Source: Abditibacteriaceae bacterium (GTDB lineage Bacteria > Armatimonadota > Abditibacteriia > Abditibacteriales > Abditibacteriaceae). From it: a stretch of DNA of 64,000 nucleotides. This document shows positions 19,402-29,339 of this stretch, in pieces. Positions within the stretch are counted from its first letter, which is position 1. Each line of letters opens with the position of its first letter. The stretch covers positions 768,001 to 832,000 of the forward strand of contig OZ255721.1 in the NCBI GenBank assembly GCA_965277285.1. The letters are read 5' to 3'. Made by a program: the position numbers and the translations under genes. A model generated the notes under the pieces. That model was not told where the DNA came from and searched no databases. It saw only the letters and a program-made list of their open reading frames with translations.

Positions 19402-20483
19402 GATGTCGTGAGTTCTCGATACAACGCGAAATAACTTTCCGCCATGCGCTCGGACGTAAATTCTTGCGCTCGCGCCTGCGCCGCATAAGTCAGTTGAAGG
19501 TAGCGCGCCGGATCATCGACCAAACGTGTCAAAACTTCCGCCAGACCTTCGTCATCATCGGGCGCCACGAACTCGGCGCACGCGGTTCCGCACGATGCGT
19601 CGTCCCAGATTTCGCGCAGTGTAGCAATGTCGCCCAACACCAGAACGCAACCGCTGAGCGCCGCTTCCAGGACAGAAAGGCCAAACGGTTCATAGCGCGC
19701 GGGCAAGCAATAAATGGCGGCGCGTCCCATCCAATCGCGGATTTCGTTTTCGCTCAAGCGCCCCAGAGTTCGCACATTCGCCGCTTGAAGTTCGCTTCCG
19801 TGCGCTGACTCATTGGCGCCCGCCACATAAACCGGCCACGGCAAAAATGGCGCGACTTTGTTCAACAACGCCAGGTTTTTCGCTTCGTCCCACAAGCGTC
19901 CCGCCGCGAAGATAAACGGCTCTTTCGCCGTCGATCTCCATTTCGTGGTGTCGCAGCCGTTGTAAATAACGCGCGTTGGCGTTCCAAAATCGTAATGCGG
20001 CCGCAAGCTGTCCAGCATCGCTTGCGTCGGTGCGACAACGTAATTCGCGGCGCGCAAACCCGTTTCGACACGTTTCGAGTACTCGATCCATTCCGGCGGC
20101 GCGGCTTCGTCTTTCACGGCGCGCCACCAACCCAAAACATCGGAATGCGCAACCACAATTTTCGGCGCCTGAAAAGCACAAGCGCCGTGCGAAAATCCGC
20201 CCAGATGGATCACGTCGGGCGCAAATTCAGTTTCCAATTGCAAAAGCCAATCGCCGGACGCATCGACATCGCGCCAAGGATCGGGCATCCATTCCAAAGC
20301 GAAGTCGCTTTCGCGCAGTTGCAAGTTGGAAATTGCGTCCGCTTCGCTGCGTTGCTCATCATTTGGGCGCGCACCAATTGTCGCCAGCAAAACTTCGACG
20401 TTGTGCGTTTGAAGAGCGCGCACCAATTCCAGCGAATAATTCCATACGCCGCCAACCGCATCCGCCGTCATTAAAACACGCAT
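19398..20483 (-). CDS. Glycosyltransferase family 4
   Basis: MRVLMTADAVGGVW and YEPFGLSVLEA. Confidence 0.92.
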   Translation of the reverse strand: MRVLMTADAVGGVWNYSLELVRALQTHNVEVLLATIGARPNDEQRSEADAISNLQLRESDFALEWMPDPWRDVDASGDWLLQLETEFAPDVIHLGGFSHGACAFQAPKIVVAHSDVLGWWRAVKDEAAPPEWIEYSKRVETGLRAANYVVAPTQAMLDSLRPHYDFGTPTRVIYNGCDTTKWRSTAKEPFIFAAGRLWDEAKNLALLNKVAPFLPWPVYVAGANESAHGSELQAANVRTLGRLSENEIRDWMGRAAIYCLPARYEPFGLSVLEAALSGCVLVLGDIATLREIWDDASCGTACAEFVAPDDDEGLAEVLTRLVDDPARYLQLTYAAQARAQEFTSERMAESYFALYRELTTS

Positions 20484-20493
20484 GAAAATTGAT

Positions 20494-20599
20494 GATTGAC
20501 GAATACCGATTGACGATTTGGCGTTGCACAAACTTCGACTTTTAATTTGATGTAAAGAGCTTCGCGCAATCAAGAATCGTCAATCGGTATTCGTCAATC
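20494..20599. repeat. 25-bp perfect inverted repeat built from GATTGAC units
   Basis: GATTGACGAATACCGATTGACGATT / AATCGTCAATCGGTATTCGTCAATC. Confidence 0.8.
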
Positions 20600-21564
20600 T
20601 AAAATCGAATCAGGGCTTTCATAAAGCCGTCGGGACGGTCGCGCGTGGCATTCAAGGCATCCGCCAATTGGCCTAAACCATACGAATGCGTGAACAACGG
20701 CGCGGGTTCGAGTACTCGATTCGACATCGCTTCGGCAGCTTGCTCGATGCCTTCGAGGTATTTGCGTTCTTCGCGTTCGTGCGCGTTGATGACATCCAGG
20801 CCGCGCCAATTCCATTGCTGCATATTGACTTCGCGCAAGCCGTCCTGATGATAACCGGCGATGATCAAGCGTCCCATTTCTTTGGTCAGGGCGGACGCGA
20901 CATCGAGCGCGTTCTGCTTGCCGACGGCTTCAATTACGACATCGCACATAGCGCCGTTCGTCAGCTCTTTCACGCGCTCCACGATCTGCCATGTTTCGCC
21001 CATTCCAATGGTTTCGGTGGCACCCATTTGCCGCGCGAAATCGAGCGAAAATGGGCGCCGCGAAACCGCAATCACGCGCGCTCCGGCGTGCGAAACCAAA
21101 CGCGTCAGCAAAGCGCCCAGAAAACCAATTCCGACAATTGCCACTGTGTCGCCGCTTTGGATTCCACTGCGCTTAAAAATGTTGATCGCACAGCCGAGCG
21201 GTTCTCCTGGAAACGCTTGACCATCCAATTCCGGCGACAATTTGATGACGGCTTTTTGTGGCGCGACATCGTATTCGGCATACGAATGGTTCGATAAAAA
21301 CGCCACGCGGTCGCCAATTTCCAAGTCGCTTACATGGTCGCCAACTTTGTCGATGACGCCCCAGCCTTCGTGTCCTAACTGGCCGGGTTCGTAAGGATAA
21401 TTGAACCACGGACGCCCTTCCCACGGCGGCAAATTGGACGCGCAAACGCCACATCCTTCCAATTGGATGCGCACTTCGTCATCTTTGGGTTGAGGGCGCG
21501 GCACATTTTGGATTTCGACGCGTCCCGGCCCGATAATCGTCGCCGCGCGCATGGTTTCACTCAT
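20599..21564 (-). CDS. Zinc-binding (MDR) dehydrogenase
   Basis: CGVCASN, GHEGWG, GIGFLG, DVVIEAVG. Confidence 0.92.
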   Translation of the reverse strand: MSETMRAATIIGPGRVEIQNVPRPQPKDDEVRIQLEGCGVCASNLPPWEGRPWFNYPYEPGQLGHEGWGVIDKVGDHVSDLEIGDRVAFLSNHSYAEYDVAPQKAVIKLSPELDGQAFPGEPLGCAINIFKRSGIQSGDTVAIVGIGFLGALLTRLVSHAGARVIAVSRRPFSLDFARQMGATETIGMGETWQIVERVKELTNGAMCDVVIEAVGKQNALDVASALTKEMGRLIIAGYHQDGLREVNMQQWNWRGLDVINAHEREERKYLEGIEQAAEAMSNRVLEPAPLFTHSYGLGQLADALNATRDRPDGFMKALIRF

Positions 21565-21623
21565 TGTTTGTCTCGCTTTCGAGTACTCGATACATGGAAA
21601 AGTGTGTTCGATGTTGCAGTACA

Positions 21624-21741
21624 CGCCCATGAATGAGCGGGCTAAAATCCGCAAGACCACTAAAGCGGCCTCAAATGTGAGGTGTAGCTCCGTGCAGCCC
21701 CATTCATGGGGCTTTTCTATTAGTCCGCTCGTTCACGGGCG
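21624..21741. repeat. REP/MITE-like imperfect inverted repeat
   Basis: CGCCCATGAATGAGCGGGCTAA ... TTAGTCCGCTCGTTCACGGGCG. Confidence 0.65.
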
Positions 21742-21760
21742 GGCGCTCATCGACGGCAAT

Positions 21761-22876
21761 TCAACGGACAAATTCTTTAGCTGCATTTTCTCGCAGCCAC
21801 GACAACAATTGCGCGACGCCATTTCGCACATCAGTTTGCGGCGACCAACCTGTCGCAGACGTGAACTTTTCGACATCGGAAACATAATAACGCTGATCGC
21901 CCGGGCGCCAATCGCCGAACTCGACGCGCGGCGTTTGCCCACACAAGTCGCCAATCAGTTCGATGAGTGCCAGCAAACTTGTCGTGTTTCGCGCGCTGCC
22001 GCCGATGTTGAATGCCTGACCCGACAAACGATTGATGTTGTCGCGCGCGATTAAAAACGCGTCCACCAAATCGTCCACCAACAAAATGTCGCGCACTTGC
22101 TTGCCGTCGCCAAAGAGCGTAATCGTTTCGTTTTCCAAGGCGCGCAGCAGAAAATGCGCGACCCAGCCTTGATCTTCGTTGCCGCATTGATGCGCGCCGT
22201 AAATGCAACTCATGCGAAAGACGACCGCTGGAATCCCGAAAGTGCGCGCATAATCCAGCACATATTGGTCAGCGCTGCCCTTCGAGCAACCGTAAGGACT
22301 GTGGAAATCAAGCGCGCGCCGTTCGCTGATGCCGTTCGCGCGCAAAGTCGCGTCTTCGGGTTCATAACGATTGTCGCGCAAATGCAAAGCGACATCATCC
22401 AGGCCGCCATACACTTTGTTAGTCGAAGTAAAAAGCAAAGGTATCGGCGAATCGAGTACTCGAATCGCTTCCAGCACGTTCAAAGTGCCGCGCGCATTGA
22501 TCTCGAAATCTTCGATAGGCTGAACCAAACTCGTCGTGACTGCGACTTGCGCCGCAAAATGAAACACAGTCGACGAACGTTCCACCGCGCGCGTGACGGC
22601 TTCCGCATCACGAACATCGGCTGTGCAAACTTCCAAATTAGCGCCGTGCGTTTCCTGCAACCATCGCAAATTGCGTTCAACTCCGGCGCGCGACAAATTA
22701 TCAAAAACCAGAACACGCTGACCGTTCGACAATAAACGATGCGCCAGATTGGTCCCAACGAAACCCGCGCCGCCCGTGATGAGAATCGGACGTTCATCGC
22801 GCGTCGCGCCGCCGTTAAGGATTGGAAAAGAATGGCCGTTTTGACCCGAATCGCTGTGCATAATCACCTCGTTCAT
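21761..22876 (-). CDS. NAD-dependent epimerase/dehydratase (CDP-paratose 2-epimerase-like)
   Basis: TGGAGFVG, STNKVYG, SPYGCSKG, FRMSCIYG, EDQGWVAHF. Confidence 0.92.
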   Translation of the reverse strand: MNEVIMHSDSGQNGHSFPILNGGATRDERPILITGGAGFVGTNLAHRLLSNGQRVLVFDNLSRAGVERNLRWLQETHGANLEVCTADVRDAEAVTRAVERSSTVFHFAAQVAVTTSLVQPIEDFEINARGTLNVLEAIRVLDSPIPLLFTSTNKVYGGLDDVALHLRDNRYEPEDATLRANGISERRALDFHSPYGCSKGSADQYVLDYARTFGIPAVVFRMSCIYGAHQCGNEDQGWVAHFLLRALENETITLFGDGKQVRDILLVDDLVDAFLIARDNINRLSGQAFNIGGSARNTTSLLALIELIGDLCGQTPRVEFGDWRPGDQRYYVSDVEKFTSATGWSPQTDVRNGVAQLLSWLRENAAKEFVR

Positions 22877-22883
22877 TTTCGGG

Positions 22884-23999
22884 TTAAACCGTCAGGCCGC
22901 GACTGGACAGTTCGCGCGCCGCGTCATCCACGCGATCTTCGGCGCTTTGCGTTTGAAGCCATTGCGCCAGTTCGTTCAAGCCAGCTTGCCACGCGACTTG
23001 CGGCTCAAACCCCAAAACCTCGCGCGCATGCGAAATATCGGCATAACAATGGCGAATGTCGCCGACGCGATATTTACCGGTCACTTCAGGCGCAATGTGC
23101 GTTTTATCAAGCGCTCGCGCCATATCGTGCGCCACATCCAAAACGCTGCGCGGCTGCCCGCTGCCGATATTGAAAACCTGTCCTGCCGCGTCCGCGTTTT
23201 CCATCGCCAAACAGCAGGCGCGAGCAATATCATGAACATGAACAAAGTCGCGTTTTTGATGTCCGTCTTCGTTCACCAAAGGCGATTGACCATTAAGATA
23301 GCGCGACGCGAAAATCGCCAGCACGCCGGTATAAGGGTTCGATAACGCCTGGCGCGTGCCGTAGATATTGAAGAAGCGCAGCGCCGTTGTGGGAATGCCG
23401 TAAGCGCGCCCAACGAGCAAGCTCATACGTTCCTGATCGAACTTGGACAGCGCATAAATCGAAGACAGCGCAGGCGTTTTGGTTTCGGGCGTGGCAACCG
23501 GTTCGAGTACTCGATTGTGAATGTCGCGCACTTCCCAATCACGGTTTTTGAGCTGCGACAAAGGACGTTCGGTTGCGGTGACAAAGTGACCTTCGACATC
23601 GCGGTACAAGCCTTCGCCGTAAATGCTCATGCTGGACGCGACGACAAGTTTTTGGACGGGCTTTTCGACCAGCGCTTCGAGCAAAATCGCCGTGCCCATG
23701 TTGTTGACTTCGGTGTAGCGCGCGATTTCATACATACTTTGCCCGACGCCAACCGTCGCAGCCAGATGAAAAACCGCATCCACGTCTTGCAAAGCGTTGC
23801 GCATCGCGTGCGGATCGCGCACATCGCCCGCGATCAGCTCGACATCATCGTGCAAATAATCGGGACGTTGCGTCGCGCCGTGAACTTGTTCGGAAAGTGC
23901 ATCAAGGACGCGAACGCGATAACCGCGCGCCAAAAGCTCGTCGCACAGATGAGAGCCGACGAAACCGGCGCCGCCCGTCACCAAAATCTGTTTAATCAT
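22884..23999 (-). CDS. NAD-dependent epimerase/dehydratase
   Basis: TGGAGFVGSH, SSMSIYGEG, YALSK, LSNPYTGV. Confidence 0.92.
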   Translation of the reverse strand: MIKQILVTGGAGFVGSHLCDELLARGYRVRVLDALSEQVHGATQRPDYLHDDVELIAGDVRDPHAMRNALQDVDAVFHLAATVGVGQSMYEIARYTEVNNMGTAILLEALVEKPVQKLVVASSMSIYGEGLYRDVEGHFVTATERPLSQLKNRDWEVRDIHNRVLEPVATPETKTPALSSIYALSKFDQERMSLLVGRAYGIPTTALRFFNIYGTRQALSNPYTGVLAIFASRYLNGQSPLVNEDGHQKRDFVHVHDIARACCLAMENADAAGQVFNIGSGQPRSVLDVAHDMARALDKTHIAPEVTGKYRVGDIRHCYADISHAREVLGFEPQVAWQAGLNELAQWLQTQSAEDRVDDAARELSSRGLTV

Positions 24000-24198
24000 T
24001 CCCAACCATTTTAAGAAAAATAACGATGCCTTTTCAAGCATCGTTCAAGAAGAAGAACCTGCAAAACGAAGACCAACAACAAAGAAGAACGTCGAAACGC
24101 GACAAAACCCGCAGAAAAGCGCATCGAGTACTCGAAATGCTCCTCCTGGCGTCTTCGATTTAGAGTCTATTTCAGCGCAGTTGCCGGAACGAAGACTT

Positions 24199-24265
24199 GT
24201 AGGGGCTTGGCGTGCCAAGCCTTCGCTCAATGTTACACAGAGGGCTTGGCGCGCCAAGCCCCTAC
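24199..24265. repeat. GTAG-type REP doublet
   Basis: GTAGGGGCTTGGCGTGCCAAGCC ... GGCTTGGCGCGCCAAGCCCCTAC. Confidence 0.85.
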
Positions 24266-24315
24266 GCGATGTGACAACGCGATTGAAGGCAGCTTTTTGG
24301 TTTGCTAATTTAAAA

Positions 24316-26085
24316 TCAAACCAGTTCGATTTCTTCGTTGCCCAGCAGCACGCGCGCTAATTCTTCGGCTGTGGTCAGGCCGTTTTTGAGTTTGTCGATG
24401 CTGTCCTGATAAATGGTGCGCATTCCGTTGGCGCGCGCAATCGCCTGCAATTGGTCGGCATCGGCGCGATCCATAATGGCGCGGCGAATGTCTTTATCGA
24501 TGTTGAGCAGTTCCATTACGGCGACGCGTCCGCGATAACCCGTTCCATGACAATGATCGCAGCCAACGCCATGATAAATGGTCGTATCGGGTCGCAATTT
24601 GAGTTGCGCGATTGCTAAATCATGCTCTGGCGTGTGCAGCGGAACGGCCTGGCGACAATGGCGACAAATCAGGCGCACCAAACGTTGCGCGACGATGCCC
24701 GACAAGCTGGACGCAATCAGAAACGGTGGAACGCCCATATCCTGCAAGCGCGCAACCGACGCCACCGCCGAGTTGGTGTGAAGAGTACTCAAAACTAAAT
24801 GTCCGGTCAGAGCGGCGCGAATGGCGATGTCGGCGGTTTCGCTGTCGCGGATTTCGCCGACCAAAATCACGTCCGGGTCTTGCCGCAAAATCGAGCGCAG
24901 GCGCGCCGCAAACGTGTTGCCGATTTCGACGTGAACATGACATTGCATCACGCCTTCCAATTCATATTCCACCGGGTCTTCAACGGTGACCACGTTCTTC
25001 GCTTCATCTAGCGTGGAAGCCAGAGCCGCATACAAAGTTGTGCTTTTACCGCTTCCCGTCGGGCCTGTGACCAGGATCATGCCGTGCGCGCGGCGCAGCA
25101 TTTCGTCGAACTGATCGTGTGTTCCTTCGGTGAAACCCAGTCGCGTCAGATCGGTGACAAGGGCCGAATGATCGAGCAAGCGCAACACGACTTTTTCGCC
25201 GTGAATGCCAGGCAAAGTCGAAACGCGAAAATCTAAACGGTGGCCGCCGACGCTGGCGCGAAAACGCCCGTCCTGCGAAAGTCGCGTTTCCGTGATGTTC
25301 AAGTTCGCCATCACTTTCATGCGCGACACCAGAGGCGCCAGCATTTCGCGCGGCAACAATCCGCCGGTGCGCAAATGTCCATCGACGCGATAGCGCGGCA
25401 AAACGCCGTTGGTGCGCGGCTCCAAATGCACGTCGGAGGCGCCCATTTGCACGGCGCGCAGCAAAATCTCGTTGGCGGCGCGCACAGTTGCGCCCATCGC
25501 GGCGTCTTCGATGGCGTCTTCGTCGCCGTCCAACTTCACGTCCTGCGTGCGCAATTGCGGCGGCGGTTCATATCCCAGACCGATATGAACCGTTGACATC
25601 GTTGCCGAAACCGGCATAACGCTTGGAGGCGCGACAGTCGAAGTCACGGTGACCAGAGCGGCAGGCGCTGCACCATTTTCAGCATGACCGTTGGTTTCGC
25701 TCGCCGTATTTTCCACCAGCACCGAAACGATTGGAAAATCGACGGTTTCAAGAGAAGACGATGAAGCGGGCGATGTACTCGAATCATCCGTGAAAGCTGA
25801 AGGCGCGTGCATAACGTCAGACGGATTTTGTGTTGACGCGGCAATCGGTGGACGCGACAGCGTTGTATTTTGTATTCCGACAGAAGTTGTCGGCGTCAAC
25901 AGCGCCGGAACCTCGAAAGCGCGCGGGTCGAAAAGCAAAATATCGGCACGCGAAACCCAGCCCAACTCGACCAGAACGTGCGAGAGATTCTTCTCCGTCG
26001 TGCGCATCTTCGCCGCCGATTGCACCTGCTCCATCGTCACGCGACCGGCGCGCATCAGCGCTAATGCCAGATTTCTTTCCGTCAT
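24316..26085 (-). CDS. GspE/PulE/PilB-family secretion or pilus assembly ATPase
   Basis: ASDVHLEP, GPTGSGKST, TVEDPVEY, LRQDPDVILVGEIRD, TGHLVLSTLHTN, two CxxC pairs. Confidence 0.95.
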   Translation of the reverse strand: MTERNLALALMRAGRVTMEQVQSAAKMRTTEKNLSHVLVELGWVSRADILLFDPRAFEVPALLTPTTSVGIQNTTLSRPPIAASTQNPSDVMHAPSAFTDDSSTSPASSSSLETVDFPIVSVLVENTASETNGHAENGAAPAALVTVTSTVAPPSVMPVSATMSTVHIGLGYEPPPQLRTQDVKLDGDEDAIEDAAMGATVRAANEILLRAVQMGASDVHLEPRTNGVLPRYRVDGHLRTGGLLPREMLAPLVSRMKVMANLNITETRLSQDGRFRASVGGHRLDFRVSTLPGIHGEKVVLRLLDHSALVTDLTRLGFTEGTHDQFDEMLRRAHGMILVTGPTGSGKSTTLYAALASTLDEAKNVVTVEDPVEYELEGVMQCHVHVEIGNTFAARLRSILRQDPDVILVGEIRDSETADIAIRAALTGHLVLSTLHTNSAVASVARLQDMGVPPFLIASSLSGIVAQRLVRLICRHCRQAVPLHTPEHDLAIAQLKLRPDTTIYHGVGCDHCHGTGYRGRVAVMELLNIDKDIRRAIMDRADADQLQAIARANGMRTIYQDSIDKLKNGLTTAEELARVLLGNEEIELV

Positions 26086-26354
26086 AAAACGTCCTCACCT
26101 TGCCTTTCAATCAACATCGAGTACTCGAATCGAGTACTCGAATAAAGAAGCCATCTTGTAAATACAACTGATAATTTGGCGCAGTAATTCGTTCAGAAGA
26201 CTACTCGTATTCGTTTTCTGCACACTCTCAAATTTCATTAGCACAACTTTTCAAGCATCCTTATTTTATCACGAGCGACGCCGCCGAAAAGAAAAGAAGT
26301 CCGTGCCTGAATCTGGAGATTTTTCAAGCGATATCCTTGAAGCAAATGTCAAAA

Positions 26355-26384
26355 TTGGCGCGTTTGGTGCTTGACCGTTATAAT
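26355..26384 (+). promoter_or_regulatory. Sigma70-like promoter for nadD (probably leaderless)
   Basis: TTGGCG-18-TATAAT ending 8 nt before GTG 26393. Confidence 0.55.
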
Positions 26385-26392
26385 TCCCCTTT

Positions 26393-27028
26393 GTGATAAG
26401 TGACCAGAGAAGTCTGCGAATCGGTTTGATGGGCGGCACCTTCGACCCGATTCACAACGGTCATTTGTTCATCGCCGAAGAAGCGCGCGTGCGTTGTGCT
26501 TTGGACAAAGTGCTTTTCATTCCGAACTCTCAACCGGCGCATCTCAAGCGCAAAGTTGCCGATTCGGATGCGCAAACGCGCTTTGAGATGACCATTTTGG
26601 CGACGCGCGACAATCCGCATTTTGAAGTATCGCGGGTTGAAATCGAGCGTGAAGGTTTGTCGTATGCCTTTGATACGATTCGCGCTTTGCAAATCGAGTA
26701 CTCGAATGCCGAACTTTGCTGGATCGTTGGTGCCGACACCATCGCCGAAGTAGCGACGTGGTATCGCGGCAGCGAATTGTTCACGCTGTGCCGCTTCATC
26801 GCGGTTTCGCGTCCAGGCTTCGATCTGGAAAGCGCGGCGCAAAAGTTGAGCGAAGAGCAACGCGCGCAGGTTCAATTCTTGGAAAGCAACGGTTTGGAAA
26901 TCGCCAGCCGCGACTTGCGCGAACGTGTGAGAAACGATCTGCCGATTCGTTATTTAGTGCCAGACGAAGTGGAACGCGCCATCCGTCAACGCGGTCTTTA
27001 TCGTTCCAATTTGGAGGAAAAATTATAA
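26393..27028 (+). CDS. nadD: Nicotinate-nucleotide adenylyltransferase
   Basis: GGTFDPIHNGH, IVGAD, IRYLVP; adjacent to rsfS. Confidence 0.96.
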   Translation: MISDQRSLRIGLMGGTFDPIHNGHLFIAEEARVRCALDKVLFIPNSQPAHLKRKVADSDAQTRFEMTILATRDNPHFEVSRVEIEREGLSYAFDTIRALQIEYSNAELCWIVGADTIAEVATWYRGSELFTLCRFIAVSRPGFDLESAAQKLSEEQRAQVQFLESNGLEIASRDLRERVRNDLPIRYLVPDEVERAIRQRGLYRSNLEEKL

Positions 27029-27489
27029 ACACAACTGAAGAAAACCAGCTTCAAACCGAAGTTGAAACAACCGAAATCGAAACTAACGAAATCGAGCCAA
27101 TGGTCGCATCGGAAAAGAAGCTCGATTTGATTTGCCAATCGGCGACGGAATTGAAGGCGCGCGACATCACGGTTTTGGATGTGCGCGGTCAAACCATTGT
27201 CGCCGACTTTTTCGTAATGTGCACGGGCACCAGCATCACGCATATCCAAAGCATCGCGGAAGGCGTGCGCGACCGTTTGCGCGAAGGCGCCAGATTGCGC
27301 GCCAAGCCCGAAGGCGACGCCGGAAGCTACTGGGTCATCATGGATTACAGCGACGTGATTTTGCACATTTTCGACGAAGAAACGCGCGAGTTCTACGACT
27401 TGGAACGCTTGTGGGCGGACGCCAAAATCACGCAGTATGAGGACACGGGCGTAATTCAAGATGCTGCGAGCGAATCGAGTACTCGATAG
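27025..27489 (+). CDS. rsfS: Ribosome silencing factor; start uncertain (ATA 27025 or ATG 27100)
   Basis: KARDITVLDV, DFFVMCTG, WVIMDYSDVILHIF, REFYDLERLW. Confidence 0.93.
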   Translation: MNTTEENQLQTEVETTEIETNEIEPMVASEKKLDLICQSATELKARDITVLDVRGQTIVADFFVMCTGTSITHIQSIAEGVRDRLREGARLRAKPEGDAGSYWVIMDYSDVILHIFDEETREFYDLERLWADAKITQYEDTGVIQDAASESSTR

Positions 27490-27491
27490 CA

Positions 27492-27520
27492 TTGGCACAA
27501 GCGATACAAACGGGTAAACT
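27492..27520 (+). promoter_or_regulatory. Sigma70-like promoter
   Basis: TTGGCA-17 nt-TAAACT. Confidence 0.55.
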
Positions 27521-27579
27521 GCGCGGCAACGCGAACCATTTTTCGCGTTCAACTAACGATGAAACCACTCGATTTTCGA

Positions 27580-27734
27580 CATCACAGGCAAAGACACGGC
27601 GCGCAAAGGTTTGCGCAGCGGTGCGCATTGCGACCTCGACAACACCAAAGGTTGTCGACCGCTTTGCCCCGTTCTGGAAGAGCGACACGCTTTTCCACGC
27701 CCGGCACACGAACGTGTCTTTGCCTGCATTGATG
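27580..27734. ncRNA. Candidate structured RNA or palindromic element
   Basis: 14-bp closing stem CAGGCAAAGACACG/CGTGTCTTTGCCTG encloses three hairpins; lies after a promoter and before a T-run; family not recognised. Confidence 0.35.
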
Positions 27735-27805
27735 AATCGCAGCGAAGACCTATCGAGTGTCGGGCTTTTTTGTTTGTCAAAATCGTCTAAAATCGCCAAA
27801 CCGAT

Positions 27806-28738
27806 GTGAGTCCGATGAACGAGACACCAACACTTTCAACGACAACAACTCAAACATCGCCCGCGCCAGACCAGACAACGGCGAATGCTGCAGCGCGCGT
27901 CGAAGAGTCGCCGCAAGTCGCCGCGCAAAAGTCGGTTGAGACATCAAGTACTCGAAATGAGGCGACCAACGCTGCGTTGCCTTCGGTTGAGGATATGAAG
28001 CGCGAAGAGCAAGTCGCGGCGATTGCGATGAAGGCGCGGTTGGATTTGCGTCGTGGACAGCGCGAAAAAGCACGAGCCGAAATCGCGCAAGCGCTGGCGC
28101 TCAATCCCAACGATCAGGGTGCGCTCGAACTGATGGGCGATGTGTTTTTGGAGGAAGGCGAGCAGGAAAAAGCGATTTTAGTCTTTGAGAAAGGCCGCGC
28201 GCTGTATCCCAATCACGCGCCATTTGCGGAAAAAATTCGACTGGCGCAGCACGACTTGGACGAAATGGCGGTCGATCAGTTGACACAAAAGTTCGCGCCG
28301 CCCGCCGATTTATTGACTGAAGAATTGGATGTTAAACCCGGGCGCGCTGCGATCTTGTCGCTCTTGATTCCAGGCGGAGGACAATTTTATCTGGAGCAAA
28401 ACGAGCGCGGCGCGGTTTATCTGGGACTGGCCTTTTTGTCGTTGTGCGGTTGGGCGTTGCCGTTGCGAAGCGCGATGAGTCACGCCGGAGCCGCTGTCAA
28501 AGCGACGGGCAGCATCCTTTCGGGATGGAGTAGCGCAGTCAGTTCGATGAGCAGCGGAGCACAACTTTTGTTCTGGGTGATGTCCACGCTGTTCAGTATG
28601 TTGTATCTGGTTTCGGCGTGGGACGCTTACACAACGGTGGCGCGGCGACAAACTGCGCAGCGACAGACGAACAAGTTAAATACGGAATACGGAATACGGA
28701 ATACGGAATCGAAGCTGGACGCGAACGACGCAGCCTGA
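27806..28738 (+). CDS. TPR-containing membrane protein
   Basis: TPR helices, then LSLLIPGGGQFY and TM segments. Confidence 0.8.
   Translation: MSPMNETPTLSTTTTQTSPAPDQTTANAAARVEESPQVAAQKSVETSSTRNEATNAALPSVEDMKREEQVAAIAMKARLDLRRGQREKARAEIAQALALNPNDQGALELMGDVFLEEGEQEKAILVFEKGRALYPNHAPFAEKIRLAQHDLDEMAVDQLTQKFAPPADLLTEELDVKPGRAAILSLLIPGGGQFYLEQNERGAVYLGLAFLSLCGWALPLRSAMSHAGAAVKATGSILSGWSSAVSSMSSGAQLLFWVMSTLFSMLYLVSAWDAYTTVARRQTAQRQTNKLNTEYGIRNTESKLDANDAA
28681..28708. repeat. Tandem heptamer (TACGGAA)x4
   Basis: Seen directly; complementary ATTCCGTATTCATC at about 28756-28780; same family at 54353-54446. Confidence 0.8.
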
Positions 28739-28802
28739 ACTTCGAGTACTCGATATTCATCATTCCGTATTCATCATTTATTTGAATGAGGAGGTTAGAA
28801 CG

Positions 28803-29339
28803 ATGGCGGAAGCTGGCGTGTTGGTTTTGAATCACAATTACGAGCCGCTGAACATTTGCGGTTTGCATCGCGGCATGGTGCTGTTGTATCTCGAAAAGGC
28901 GGAAGTTTTGCGCTTCAGCGACGACATCGTTTTGACGGCAGGCGGCGAGGAAATGATCGTGCCCAGCGTTTTGCGCTTGAAGCAGATGGTCAAGCGTCCG
29001 ACGCCGCAACTAAAAATGTCGCGCAAGTCGATATTGGCGCGCGACGATTATACGTGCCAGTATTGCGGAAACAAAGCGGGCTTGACGCTCGACCACATTT
29101 TTCCGCGCCATCGCGGTGGCGAAACTTCGTGGGAAAACCTGGTTTGCTGCTGCCTGCGCTGCAACAACAAAAAAGGCCCGATGACGCCGCAGGAAGCCGG
29201 AATGCGCCTGCCCCACCCACCGCGCAAGCCGCGCTACGTGCCGTATATCTCGTTCCCGCGCTTCATCTCGGCGATGCGTCACCCCGAATGGCGCGAATAC
29301 TTGGCCGGATACGGCAAAGGATTGGAAGATCGGTTTTAA
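28803..29339 (+). CDS. HNH endonuclease (McrA-like family)
   Basis: VLVLNHNYEPL, RDDYTCQYCG, TLDHIFP, WENLVCCCLRCNNKKG; GAGGAGG RBS. Confidence 0.93.
   Translation: MAEAGVLVLNHNYEPLNICGLHRGMVLLYLEKAEVLRFSDDIVLTAGGEEMIVPSVLRLKQMVKRPTPQLKMSRKSILARDDYTCQYCGNKAGLTLDHIFPRHRGGETSWENLVCCCLRCNNKKGPMTPQEAGMRLPHPPRKPRYVPYISFPRFISAMRHPEWREYLAGYGKGLEDRF

Noticed and set aside
26716..27024. 257-aa N-terminally extended RsfS from the ORF track
   Set aside because: The extension overlaps nadD in another frame; the RBS points to a start near 27025.
27585..27612. c-di-GMP-I riboswitch (GGCAAA...GCAAAG)
   Set aside because: Spacing is too short for the P2 hairpin with its GNRA tetraloop.
28803..29339. HNH nuclease as the cognate enzyme of the palindrome
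   Set aside because: Belongs to a widespread stand-alone family; nothing beyond proximity links it to the motif.
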